Part shown: piece after piece, positions 23,042-33,901 of the stretch
Numbering within the stretch: the stretch's first letter is position 1
How the letters are laid out: each line of letters starts with the position of its first letter
Source: Catajapyx aquilonaris
Lineage: Eukaryota
DNA: 37,119 nt
Reading direction: 5' to 3'
NCBI GenBank assembly: GCA_000934665.2
Contig: JYFJ02003842.1
Location: forward strand, 1-37,119
Notes under the pieces: model-generated
What the model was told of the DNA's origin: nothing
Database searches by the model: none
What the model saw: only the letters and a program-made list of their open reading frames with translations
Program-made: the position numbers and the translations under genes

Positions 23042-23276
23042 CTGTTGAGATCACGAAGTACAATGTAATCCTTAAACACTGTAGCAGTGAATAAGTTTGA
23101 AAATTCAATTTATATGAAGTCGAACTAGAAGTTAAATTAATAAGTCTTGTAAATTTACGCAGAATCCCAAGGGGAATGTCACATGGTAGGGCAGTTTGTC
23201 CAACTCTCTCCACAGCTACTCCCCATTCTTATAACCACCTGACTTTTCCAGGCAATAAGCACCCAGAATGGCTCAC

Positions 23277-23797
23277 CTCAGCCTTGGTGCTGGACTCCCT
23301 CCACATCCACAGAGCACCTTGACCTTGCTCACAAGGCACATAACGCTGGCTTCAATGTTCAGTTGCGTCAGCTCCCAAGGTTCTGGCTCATCAGTTGGTT
23401 TGTAATAGTTTGCTGTTGGACTGTCTGACATATCTCGTGTGTCCAGAAAGCGTCGGGCCTGCTCAAAGTCACTTGGACCTTCCTTCGGATCTTCACCTGG
23501 TGAGGCCACCCCGTTGGTTGGACACTCATCAGGGCTGACTGGTGCATCCTCAAAGGAGAAATCACGACCTATTTCTTCAGCCAAGTTCTGATAGGAGGAG
23601 ATTTCTCCATTGGTGGTGCTGTTGTGGGAGTTTGCAAGTTGAAGGGACTTGGGAAGATGGGGTGGAGGGGTAGGAGGGGCAGGGGGTGGGTGGGAATTCT
23701 GATGCACTGAAGTGGGGTTGGAGTTGCGGTGCTTCTCAAGAAAACCAAATGCTTCCTCCACAAGGGATGGATCACATATGCTTAGGAGGAGTCGAGT
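23277..23797 (-). CDS. INPP4: INPP4 exon (Pro-rich, probably disordered linker)
   Basis: 521 nt, phase 0-2; TRLLLSICDPSLVEEAF...PTANYYKPTDEPEPWELTQLNIEASVMCLVSKVK... Confidence 0.92.
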
Positions 23798-23987
23798 CTG
23801 TGAAGGCGAGGCCAATATATTAGTTGATGCTAAAACACAGGATGGCCTAGTGTTCTACACATTCTCAGTTTAGATAGCATATTGTTTGGAGTATTTGTAA
23901 TGTTCATGCGTAATGTTCAATAGTGACAGATAATAATCATGACTTGACAACACATCATTAAAAGTCAAGTATACAAGTGTAATATAC

Positions 23988-24101
23988 CTTGCTCATTATT
24001 TCCTCAATAATGGTGATCATCCCCATTGACTTTTTATCCTTGGCAAGTTTAAGCAGCATCTGCATTTTCTCCACAATTTCCCGCCTCAGTCGCTTGATAC
24101 A
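23988..24101 (-). CDS. INPP4: INPP4 exon
   Basis: 114 nt, phase 0-0; CIKRLRREIVEKMQMLLKLAKDKKSMGMITIIEEIMSK; cttgcag/gtatat boundaries. Confidence 0.88.
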
Positions 24102-24160
24102 CTGCAAGACACAATAGAAGTGAGTATAAAAAAATCAGGAAATCACCTTCGAACACTAAC

Positions 24161-24248
24161 CTGCACAGCATCATGGGCCATTTGAATCTTCTCTGGTCCA
24201 ACACCACTGCTTACTTTGCTGACTAAAGCTTTCAGGTGGTGCAACAGC
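24161..24248 (-). CDS. INPP4: INPP4 exon
   Basis: 88 nt, phase 2-0; LLHHLKALVSK...AHDAVQ|gttagt. Confidence 0.88.
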
Positions 24249-24934
24249 CTGTAGCAAGAAAACAAGTGAATAATAAGCGCATGCAGCACATCATAAATAG
24301 TATATTTTAGAACAATGCTCAGTGTTTTTGGCAAAAAGTGGCACATACGTACAGTCACCAGCATTTAGGGAACCCCCCTAAACATTGCGAAGGATCCAGG
24401 CAAATTCATTCAGTCCTTCGTTTTGCTCAATAGTTCGCTGGTCGCAGATGTCGTTGGCAATCAGATGAGTTTGTGTAGTGGTATCAATTTGTCTGAGAAG
24501 CCTCGTTATTCAGATAATAAAACCCAAACCCATGTATGAAATATCCTGTTAGGTATGCTTCCCTCCTTGCAGCCTTGCACTTTTAATTGAAAATGTTGTC
24601 GTGAAAGACCTTAACAAACGATCTTATGGGATGTGTCAGGCATTAGAAGTGTCCTGGGCCATATCTGCACCACAGAACATACTTAATTCTCACACAGATC
24701 CTGATAATGAAGAAAACCTTGCCTTATACCGGCATACCTCACTTAGACTGGCATGCCGGTATAGCCACCAGATCGTGAATTTCTAAAAACTGGTTGACCT
24801 CGATTATACAGGCATGGTAATATGTGTGTGTGTGTATGTGAACAGTTGTTGTTTTTGGCTTCCTGGGACTGGTTCACTCTGTATTGCACTTTTAAAAAAT
24901 TCAAATCACTGCTGCATGAGCAAGTTCAAGCCCT

Positions 24935-25075
24935 TGCAAATCTGCCCAGACACATTTGGTGAAAAGTGGGAAAAGACCCAACCAAGTGAAGGAGGCTAGG
25001 ATGGGATTTGCACCCCAGACCTCCCACTTGGCAGGCTAGTGGCATAACCACTAGACCACCATGCCATCCACCCTG
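24935..25075 (-). mobile_element. SINE fragment (family of the 30688-30986 element)
   Basis: GGCATGGTGGTCTAGTGGTTATGCCACT...GGGGTGCAAATCCC head and a similar body; boundaries approximate. Confidence 0.7.
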
Positions 25076-25113
25076 CTCCTTTATTTTATTAAAATTAAGC
25101 ACTGGCCACTCAC

Positions 25114-25300
25114 TTGATGAGTCCCCCATGTTTGTACTTGTGTGGGTATGCAGTAAATGCTCCTACAGTTATGATGTCATATATGGATGACTTTCTGAGG
25201 CTCTCGTTTTGTGCCCACATCCTCTGCAGGTGAAGGTTGACTGGGACAAACTCATAGGTTTGGTCATCCTTCTTGCAGCTAGGTTTGAAATATGGGCCAC
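25114..25300 (-). CDS. INPP4: INPP4 exon
   Basis: 187 nt, phase 1-2; GPYFKPSCKKDDQTYEFVPVNLHLQRM...YDIITVGAFTAYPHKYKHGGL, matching the INPP4 EFVPxNLHxQRM block. Confidence 0.95.
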
Positions 25301-25357
25301 CTGTTGAAAAGACACGAGTCAATGGCTGTTTCACAATAAACTACTGACATAAAATAC

Positions 25358-25518
25358 CTGCATGTGAGTCAAGATTCTCCTTGGCCTGGGCATAAATGTT
25401 GATCAGCCGCAAGTGCCTATCCAAGACAGCAATCTGGCGACTGTGCCATGGGTCGCATAATTCACCCAAACCAGCCACTTCCTGCATTAGCTCTTTTTCT
25501 TCAATAATCCACAAGGTG
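25358..25518 (-). CDS. INPP4: INPP4 exon
   Basis: 161 nt, phase 2-1; TLWIIEEKELMQEVAGLGELCDPWHSRQ... Confidence 0.92.
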
Positions 25519-25645
25519 CTGTTAGATATACCAGTTAACAAAAGATCAGTAGGTTATTTAACTTTCGTTCTACCATGTGACATTGCAATGAACAAAAGGG
25601 AAAATTGATGTTTCTAATTTCAGGGCATCTCAAAACTCCACTCAC

Positions 25646-25851
25646 AGCAATTGCTGAGGGAAAGCAAAGCATATCTTGCTCTCAGCCATGATCTCATGAA
25701 CACATATGTCTCCTCCGAGGCCTGAGTGGAACCGGTAAGTGCGCAGAAATGGATTATGGAAGAGCAGTCTGAGATGGCCCTGTGGGGGCAGCTTCAGCTT
25801 GCTGCTGCCCAGACGTGGGGGCAGTGATTGGGTGCGGCGATGGGAGAGAAC
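25646..25851 (-). CDS. INPP4: INPP4 exon
   Basis: 206 nt; ...LRTYRFHSGLGGDICVHEIMAESKICFAFPQQL; gtgagt donor, ends phase 2. Confidence 0.92.
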
Positions 25852-25935
25852 CTGACAAAAGGGAAAAAAATCACTGCCACATCTATGTGCAATTCTGAGA
25901 AAGGTTGTGCTTGTAAATTTAATACCAATACTGAC

Positions 25936-26277
25936 CAGTGTGTCCTGTTCTGGGCTGCTCCTGCATGGAGTGGATGCAGTGCTTCCCTTGTCTTCACTCT
26001 CCAGGTTCCAAGGCATGACTGTCAGAAAGCCAACCACACTCGATGAGGTTCCATCTGATGTGGAGGATGGCCGGGAAGAGGGAGACTGTAGGGGCACCCT
26101 GATCCGATCGCTGGTTCTAAGGCTACCCAGAGCCATATTGGCCCAACCGATCTGTGTAGAGGTGTGGGTCACCCTCTCCCGAACGTCATGGACAGAGAGG
26201 CGCACACGGGTAAGCTCACATACACCATCGCTGCTCAGGAAGCTCACTGTAGTTAGGAAGAGTGGATTGCTGCTCCT
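25936..26277 (-). CDS. INPP4: INPP4 exon (C2 domain)
   Basis: 342 nt, phase 0-0; RSSNPLFLTTVSF...TRVRLSVHDVRERV...; ag/gtcagt boundaries. Confidence 0.92.
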
Positions 26278-27082
26278 CTAGAATACAGAAATGTACCTTT
26301 CAACACATTTGACACTCAAATATCTTAAATATGCATGGCTTTAATAAAACCATGCCATATGGTCGAAGGAGTAGAGAAGAGAGGAACCGCAGAAGGCAGG
26401 AGGGTGAGTAGTGGTTGGGGGCAGTGGCTGTGTCACAAACGGAGTCAGGAAATATTGATTTTTTGGGAGGGCGCATTCGCTACGGCTGCCACACGAACCG
26501 CCGATAATGTGTGTTGCAGGGACTGTAGGAGGAGGCAAATTGGAATCACAAGAGTGATGCCAAGAATGCTGTTATAGTCGGCCCAGGAAAAGACTGCATG
26601 GATGGGATTTCTGGGGTTTTGAAGGACAGTTGGTGCCGCGTTAACCTACTCGAGCCCATATGGCTTCATCCAGTTGCCCAACCCCTTCACCACATTTACT
26701 GAGACTACTGATGCACTGAAATCATTAAGTGTCTTACAGTAAACAATTACCAGGTGGGTCTTTAAAGACTTCAAAGCACGTGTATAACTTCAGAATTCCC
26801 AATCACTTATGAAACAAGAAATATGTCACAATCATGCATGATTAATTCCCACAGAAAAAAATTCGCCAGACTGTTTGAGCCTGACAAGATGTAATGGGGT
26901 TAGTTACATTATTGAAACTGACATTGTGCACTGCATAGGAAGATAACAGTGACTAATAATAGAGGCAAGGAGAAAGGCTAATATTATTAATCTCCTGAAA
27001 TGAAAACGCCAACACTGGGATAAGAGAATAATGGCCATAGAATTTTACCTGTTTTTCAACATAAATAGGGAGGGAGGCTATA

Positions 27083-27324
27083 CGAAGACTTCGGCAGTAA
27101 AGCGATCAAGGTCCACTGCAGGGGAAACTGAGATAATCCGATTTTAAATTTCGAAGGCCCATAAGGCTCCATTGTAAATCCCACTTTTGGGGCTTTCCAT
27201 TGTGACCTATGATCATTACTCCACAACCACAACCAAACCATCATATTCTACACTAGTGAAACTATCTTCTGAGATATGTAACTCATTTGTGTGGACCTTG
27301 ATCGTTCTTCCCCCGAGGTCTTCA
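27083..27324. mobile_element. TA-flanked MITE
   Basis: ~35-bp imperfect TIR ending CGATCAAGGTCCAC / GTGGACCTTGATCG; TA on both flanks. Confidence 0.65.
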
Positions 27325-29303
27325 TATGCACTTGGCTTACAGTAAGACAAGTTTTGCAATACCCTGCTGGTAAGGCAGTTTCCTGGGCAAGGAACTACCA
27401 CCAGGGTGCCTCTGACTTCACTTCCTCTTCTGATAAGACCTCAACAAGAGAGTTTATTTCAAAGAAAAAAAGGGGTGGTGGTCACTGGAAGCAAGGTCAG
27501 GCCTAGATGGGATGGTGCAGAAGTGTTTCAACACCTCTCAGCACTGCAACACTGAGTTCAGGCACAGAACACTGCTTCTACATGAGGGTCTAATTTGTCT
27601 CATGGTCAGATGTGCTTGTCTCCACGTTTAAGAACAGGTAAAGATTTTATCCTATCTTATTGTTAGTTAAGACATTTTCATTTAACCCCCATAACTGCTG
27701 GTAGAAAGGTTAATATTGAGGAAAAAAAGACGCCAATGTTTGAAATAGCAAAAAGAAAGTGCCATACTTTCATGCATAGAAATAGTATTAATTGGGTAGA
27801 GCAGCAGGTCAGTATACCCAGGAGGAGTGAGTGTAGCCAGTGTAAAGTGGGGTACTTCATGATCTTGTACTTCCTTTGAAAATTGCTGATATTTCAATTT
27901 TAATGACTTTGAATACCAACAATAGCCCTAAGTGTGAAAGGACAAAATGAACCACAGGTTAGATGCATCAATATAACATATGCTTATTAATAATAATTAA
28001 ACCTTTTGCAGAGAGTGAAGGGAACTTTCATCGCAAAAATTATGAAGTGATACACATGAGTATAGACGCCTTGCAAATAGACACTGACTGATACCGGGAA
28101 ATTGATGGGTTTCTCCCCACATTTCCCCTTCTATTATTGACGCAACCAAAGAATAGAACAGACGTCATAATGGGCAATAATAACTGTTAACATTGTCAAG
28201 AATAAAACTAACCTACAAGGGACCCTGTAACAGAAACAGCCATTGCCAAACTTTTCTTTGGGCCCATTAGACAATTTGCAATGTACGTCAGTGCATTTAA
28301 CGGAAACCTTTTGGTACAAATTTATTTCCCTGGGATGAACAAATCCCTTATAGGTGGGTTTCACTGTACAAGATTTTTACAAGATCCAGAGAAGCTGTGG
28401 ACGGGGTTAAAAAGGCCTGTTTTGACAACGATGGTCTGATTCTGAGTGTACTCATTTACAAAAAAACATCACAATCAAGCTTGCGTCCTACCACAAAGTT
28501 TTCTTGTCATGTAATAAGGATGATACGCAACAATATTTTCACATTTTGTCAGAAATTTCAAAGACTCCTGGTAAACATTTTTGCATCATCCTTGCCTCAA
28601 ATATCCTTCATAAACAAGCACCTGTTGAAAAGAATCTTTGTAAAATAACTTGGAAAAAGCTCAGTTAATTCGAACTACACCAGCATGTCCTGATACACCA
28701 AGGTATCATAGGCAAATTTATAATCCTCATTACTAACTAGTCCTCAATATCTTGTCAGAATCTCTCGTAATTTTTTTGTGCTGTCCCTCTCTCTTCCAAT
28801 GGTATGTGCTCAAGAAAGAATGGAATAACACTGCCTCAGTTCGTGTTATATGCAGGATAAAAATCACACCTCACAGGTCCAGAAAACGCACTATTCCTCT
28901 GCATACAGTGACACTCGTAGCACTAGTTCATCAGTCATCACTCAAGAGTCAGTGTACAAGCACTTAATCTTAAGAAATAAAAATATACCAAAGGTTAGCC
29001 ACACAGGATAAGAAAATGCAGTGACAAATGCTTATCTCTATTATGAAACACAAATCGGAAAAATTTAGAGGTCGGTGTTGTGCCTGCTGATAACATGATC
29101 ACTGACTATTCTGTGTGGAAGCCTCCAAGTCTGAAAACAGGAAGTTAATGGATAACAAAAGAGCAACTACACCACACAAAACAGAACTTTCAGATGTGTC
29201 AAAATCTTGTGGACCCTCACTTCCTGTTTCCTCTACCTCCTGACCTTGATCATGAGCCAACTGTAGTGCATTTCCATGAGAGTTCCACCAATATGAAAAT
29301 ATA

Positions 29304-30185
29304 CAGGGTGTGAAAATTTAATATATCATCACATTGGAGGATGGTGAGGGGTTCTAGGTGACAATTTCAAGTGTAGGTGTCATGGGTCTCCTCAGCATAG
29401 TTACCAAGATAATTAGCATCAAACATAAGGCCTAAAAAAATCCTAGCAAGTATACTTCCTTATGTGCAACTTATCATATCCATTCAAATTTTAGGTGTTA
29501 CCATGCAATTAAAATTTAAGACACAACCCCATTAGATGCATCAGGCAATGCGCAAGGCCATGAAAGTGTCGCAGCCTGTACCCACAACAGAGAAGCCATA
29601 ATGTACTCTTTACTTAATACTAATTATCTCAGTAACTATGCTGCAGAAACCCACAATACCTATACCAACTGTTACCAAAAATGATAGCCTAGAACCCCTC
29701 TACAATCCCCTCATAGTTTTGATACATTAAATTAATTAATTAATTATTATTATTATTTTATTAGATATACCGTACCCCTTGCTAGAGCCATAGGCTCTCT
29801 TAGGGGAGTGGATTACCACTATCGTGCAGGGACAGGGTAGGGATAGGAGGGGGGGACACTGGTGCATGTGCCATGTCATCAAGTTGGGGGTCGTGTGCAG
29901 TCCCTCAGGGGGCCCGTTCGCCATAGATGACCCCCTAGATGCGGGTCAGAAACCTCACACTGACCCGCACCTCCTCCAGGGCAGGGAAAGGAAGGAAGCG
30001 GCTGTGACCTATTTTACGGTACAATCCCGAAAAGTTTTCCTGGGGCGACCTTGGGAAACCACAGATAACCAAGGTCAGGATCGCCGGCCTCCGGCATTCG
30101 AACCAAGGACCTCCCGATTAGCAGTCCGACACCATATCCACTCCACCACTACTGCTTCGGTGATACATTAAATTTATGCACCCTG
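29304..30185. mobile_element. Tc1/mariner-type MITE whose right TIR is split by a SINE
   Basis: TA|CAGGGTG...CACCCTG|TA; the TIR match resumes at ~29680-29733 once the insert is removed. Confidence 0.8.
29734..30160 (-). mobile_element. Full-length tRNA-derived SINE
   Basis: A box TGGTGGAGTGG, B box GGTTCGAATGCC; AAT-rich tail; 14-bp TSD TGATACATTAAATT (29720-29733 / 30161-30174). Confidence 0.92.
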
Positions 30186-30337
30186 TATAGACAAAAAATA
30201 CACCTGTATTTGGTGGAGACATTCCATTCAACCTGGCAGATCAAGCAAAGATGCACACATTGGACATAATTTTGTCCCTTACACATCATTAACAACACAT
30301 CAGCAATTTTTAAATATGATCCTTCACAACATTTGTA

Positions 30338-30499
30338 CAGTGTTGGACATTAATCAAGTCATACTGCTAGCGACATTTTCTGAAGCGGCAGAAGAACGAA
30401 TCGAAGATATGGATAGTGCAAGTCATGCGAGCAAGATTCGTTCTTCTGCCGCTTCGGAAAAGGTTGCTAGCAGTATGACTCGAATCATGTCCAACACTG
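30338..30499. mobile_element. Tc1-type MITE
   Basis: TA|CAGTGTTGGACAT...ATGTCCAACACTG|TA with ~65-bp arms. Confidence 0.9.
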
Positions 30500-30687
30500 T
30501 ACTGGCACAAGTCCAATTAGTGTTAAAGGCTACCACAGCATTCTACTCCATATTGATGGAGTAATAGAATGTAGAATTTGGCATGATGTTTTTACAAGTG
30601 TTGGTTCAAGCCAATGACTGTTCTTGCTTATAATCTGCAGCCTGTTACATGGATTGCATCTTAAAAGCCTCACTCAGTATTTTGCAT

Positions 30688-30986
30688 GTTTATTTTTTTA
30701 TTTTTTATTTTTTATTTTTAACCCCGTGATAGGGCGGAGCCCTTTTAGGGGGGAAGGGGGAGGTTCCCAAGGGAGGGCACTGTAATAATAGTCATTTCTG
30801 ACTTTCTGAAATACACCAGACCTTTTCTCCTGGCCCTGGGCAGAGTAGGGAGTGCAATTCTGCCCCGGCAGGTGAAAAGCGGAAAAAGGCCCGGCCAAGC
30901 AGAGGTGACGGGAACGGGATTTGAACCCCAGCCTCCCGCTTGTCTGGCCAGTGGCGTAACCACCAGACCACCATGCCTCCCCCTGC
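30688..30986 (-). mobile_element. Full-length tRNA-derived SINE
   Basis: A box TGGTCTGGTGG, B box GGGTTCAAATCCC; (TAAAAA)n tail; probable TSD ATTTTGCAT (30679-30687 / 30987-30995). Confidence 0.85.
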
Positions 30987-31061
30987 ATTTTGCATTTAGT
31001 TTCTACAAAGCTACCTTCATGCATTTTTCTAAGTTCCTATATTGTCATTTGCCTTCTTTAT

Positions 31062-32510
31062 GGAGCTCATGGTACCTATGACTTTTCCGCCTCGCGGAGG
31101 TCAAGTTGGGCTGAGTCACGGGTGCAGCGTTCTCTTTGCACTGCCTGTGTGGGAGTGTCGCTAGAGGTTGAAATTTTCACGGCATGGCAAGGAAGGTCCA
31201 TTTGAGCCCCCTACTAATTTGTGATCAATTCGGATTATAATGGGGAAGTACCCTTCATTTTGGAAACTACATAATAAATTCGCCCATATTTTTTGGATTT
31301 TTTTGGCATATTCCGTTTTAAGATATCAGTTTCAGTTCCGGAGATATTGGCGTTTTTTCGTAGGCAAATGGTGACGTCACTGTTTGCCTCGAAAATGTTG
31401 ACGTCACGCGAAGTGAAATGAACGCAAAAATGGTGTTATAGAACGCGCCCCGTCATTGTTGTAAAATGCTTCGCTGTTGTTAGCAACCGTCCCATTCCGT
31501 GAGCAAGATAGCGGCCGGGGCGCGTATTTATTCCAGGCCGCTCAAGCCGCTTTGTACATGGCAGTGATGCCACCAGGTCGGAATTATCTGTCACCCGAAT
31601 TCGGCACATGAAGGCCCCCTTTCGATTGGCACCACCCGGCCGGGGCATTTTTCCCGCCAATTTTGAAGGCACTTTTAAATATGCCGTAATTTATCCAGTA
31701 ATGTCATTTTGATGCAACAAAGTGATGGAATGTATGTTTACAGGCATGGGCTAGCTAGTTATGAACAAAAATCCCAAATCCCAGACCAAGGCTACTTCCC
31801 CATTGAGACATCTACAAGGGGAGGAGTTTTTGAAAAACGGATCACAGCAGCTTGGCTCCAGATGCGAATTTGAAAAAAATCTCCACGATATTCCATGGCA
31901 AAAGTCTTCCTCTCTTACTCCTCCAAAGCACGATTAATTTGGGCTATTGGTTTTTGCACTACATTTAAAACTGTGTCACCACTGCACCAAGTAAAATTCA
32001 CAGGAGAACTTCCAAACTTAGAACAGTTGGTTCCATGTCGCCAATGTGCTCATCTTCATTTAGCCCCGAACTGGTTCTCTGGCAACCTGGAAAGGCAACA
32101 AACTGTTCTACGTTTGGCAGTTCTCCCGCAAATTTTACTTGGTGCAGTGGTGACATGGTTTTAAATGCCGTGAAAAAACCAATAGTCTAAACTAATCGCG
32201 CTTTGGAGGAGTAAAAGAGGAAGACTTTTGCCATAGAATATCGTGGAGATTTTTCCCAAATCCGCATCCAGAGCCAAGCTGTCGTGAGCAGTTTTTCAAA
32301 AACTCATCTCCTAGTAGCTGTCTCAATTATTATCCTAATTGATCGTAACTTCGTCAGGGGCTAAATTGGATCTTCCTCGCCATGCTGTGAAAATTCCAGG
32401 TGCATACCTCCAGCAAGACGCCTGCTCCGGCGGTGCAAAGAGAACCCTGCACCAGTGACTGGCCCAACTTGGCCCTCGTGAGTTGGAAAAATCGTAGGTA
32501 CCGTGCGCCC
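31062..32510. mobile_element. Long-TIR foldback DNA element (~400-bp arms), TTAA at right flank; possibly Kolobok-like
   Basis: 31062-31241 plus 31802-~32028 mirror ~32101-32510; superfamily assignment is inferred only from the TTAA flank and GG termini. Confidence 0.8.
31242..31801. mobile_element. Non-autonomous element with GGGG termini and AT TSD (ISL2EU/PHIS-like)
   Basis: TIR GGGGAAGTA.C / G.TACTTCCCC; comparison with the uninterrupted host arm shows a 2-bp AT duplication. Confidence 0.75.
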
Positions 32511-32760
32511 TTAAAGTGTATTCCCAAGTTTGCGAGAAATGGTTGTAAGGAAATCGTGAACAAGAATAGGTTCCTAATTCATTCTTGCTCGGGCGTTCGC
32601 TAAGGCTATTTCTCACGAGCTCGGGAACACACCTATATGCAGTAACAATAATCCTAAATAATTTGGGTACAGCTTGAATTAGTGTAAGCTTTATATTAAA
32701 TGTAAATAATTAACTAGGTACGAAAAAAAATTAGGCATGTAACACACACTGACTCTACCA

Positions 32761-32845
32761 CATTAAAGCCTCATTTACATGCGAGTGATTTGATCAGCGA
32801 TGTACATGGCTGATCAAATCGCTCGCATGTCAACGTGGCTTAATG
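32761..32845. repeat. Short palindrome / mini-MITE
   Basis: ACATGCGAGTGATTTGATCAGC...GCTGATCAAATCGCTCGCATGT core, with TTAA near both ends. Confidence 0.75.
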
Positions 32846-32952
32846 CCATGAGGTGAGCATAAATCTTTCAGTATACTGTACAGACAGTACAACATACCTG
32901 TACAGGATAGCAAAACAAAACATGCCATTGCAGATAAGTGTGAAGCACATAC

Positions 32953-33326
32953 CTGGATGACTTCAGTCTGTGCATACTTGGTCCACACAATTTCACCTGG
33001 CCCACACACATGCACCACAAGCATTGGGTTGGGCTGCCTGCCATGTCCGTCACAAAGGAGGTTGTCACACGCAAAGGCAGCCTCCAGCAAGGGGACCTCT
33101 GTAGGGTCCAGGCATTGTCCCTTGAGGTAACGCCGAAGCTGGACGTCCAGCTCATCCCTGCCACCCAGCCCCCCTATCACACCTCTAGCATGCCTGATGC
33201 GCTCCTCCAGGGCCATTAGCTGTGACTGCATGTACTGGTAGCTGGCCATGTGCAAGGACTGAACCCAGCAATCTCTCTCACCTTCTGTGTGGGATGCCAG
33301 TTGCTGGCTCAGCCCACCTTCAAAAA
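32953..33326 (-). CDS. INPP4: INPP4 exon (end of PH-like domain and start of C2 domain); upstream exons not found in window
   Basis: tttttccag|..., starts phase 1; FEGGLSQQLASHTEGERDCWVQSLHMASY...LEAAFACDNLLCDGHGRQPNPMLVVHV...WTKYAQTEVIQ|gtatgt. Confidence 0.9.
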
Positions 33327-33901
33327 CTGGAAAAAGTCATTGTGTAAGAAAATATACAAGATAAAGTCGGTGGCATTCGGACTCGTCAACATTGGAAAAC
33401 TACTCCCCCCCACTGCCTCCCTGATGCTTCACAAAGGTGCATTATGTTCGTCACAGGGAGCACTGACATCATAATATCAACAATGAGGCCATGTCTTGTC
33501 TGAGGTCATAACAGGTGCTTCAAATATGTTTTATTACTCATCACATTACCACACTGGCAGTTGGGCCCTCTGGATCTGCTCTGCCCCTCACCTGTGGTGC
33601 CTGTGGTGGTGTCACTGACTCTCCACAACAGCCAGGGCACGGTCTAAGAATAGTAAAGTCTGGTCTCTCCCCTCTAATATCTGACGGGGTGTTTTGTGGC
33701 AGGTGGCCGCTTGATAGCGCATTTCAGGGCTTCACAGACATGTGTGACCCTACTGGACTGTTCTGAACTTATAGGTAGAAGAGAAGCCGCAAAACATCCC
33801 GTCAGGCCCCTAATGCGATAAGAGGGTGTGTGTCCCGACCTTACTATTGTAAGACCATGAGCCAGGGCCAGGCAGATAGCAGAAGGCTTGAAATTAATAT
33901 A

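Noticed and set aside
23042..23078. Upstream acceptor extending the INPP4 exon (FKDYIVLRDLN)
   Set aside because: Its phase is incompatible with the preceding phase-2 donor and gives an immediate stop.
21292..26281. Plus-strand ORFs overlapping INPP4 exons (likewise 9518-10261 over UCH exons)
   Set aside because: Antisense shadows of real coding exons.
33572..33623. Exon-like minus-strand segment upstream of the first visible INPP4 exon
   Set aside because: Splice signals are plausible, but the peptide TVPWLLWRVSDTTTGTT does not resemble the expected PH-domain sequence; unsupported without RNA data.
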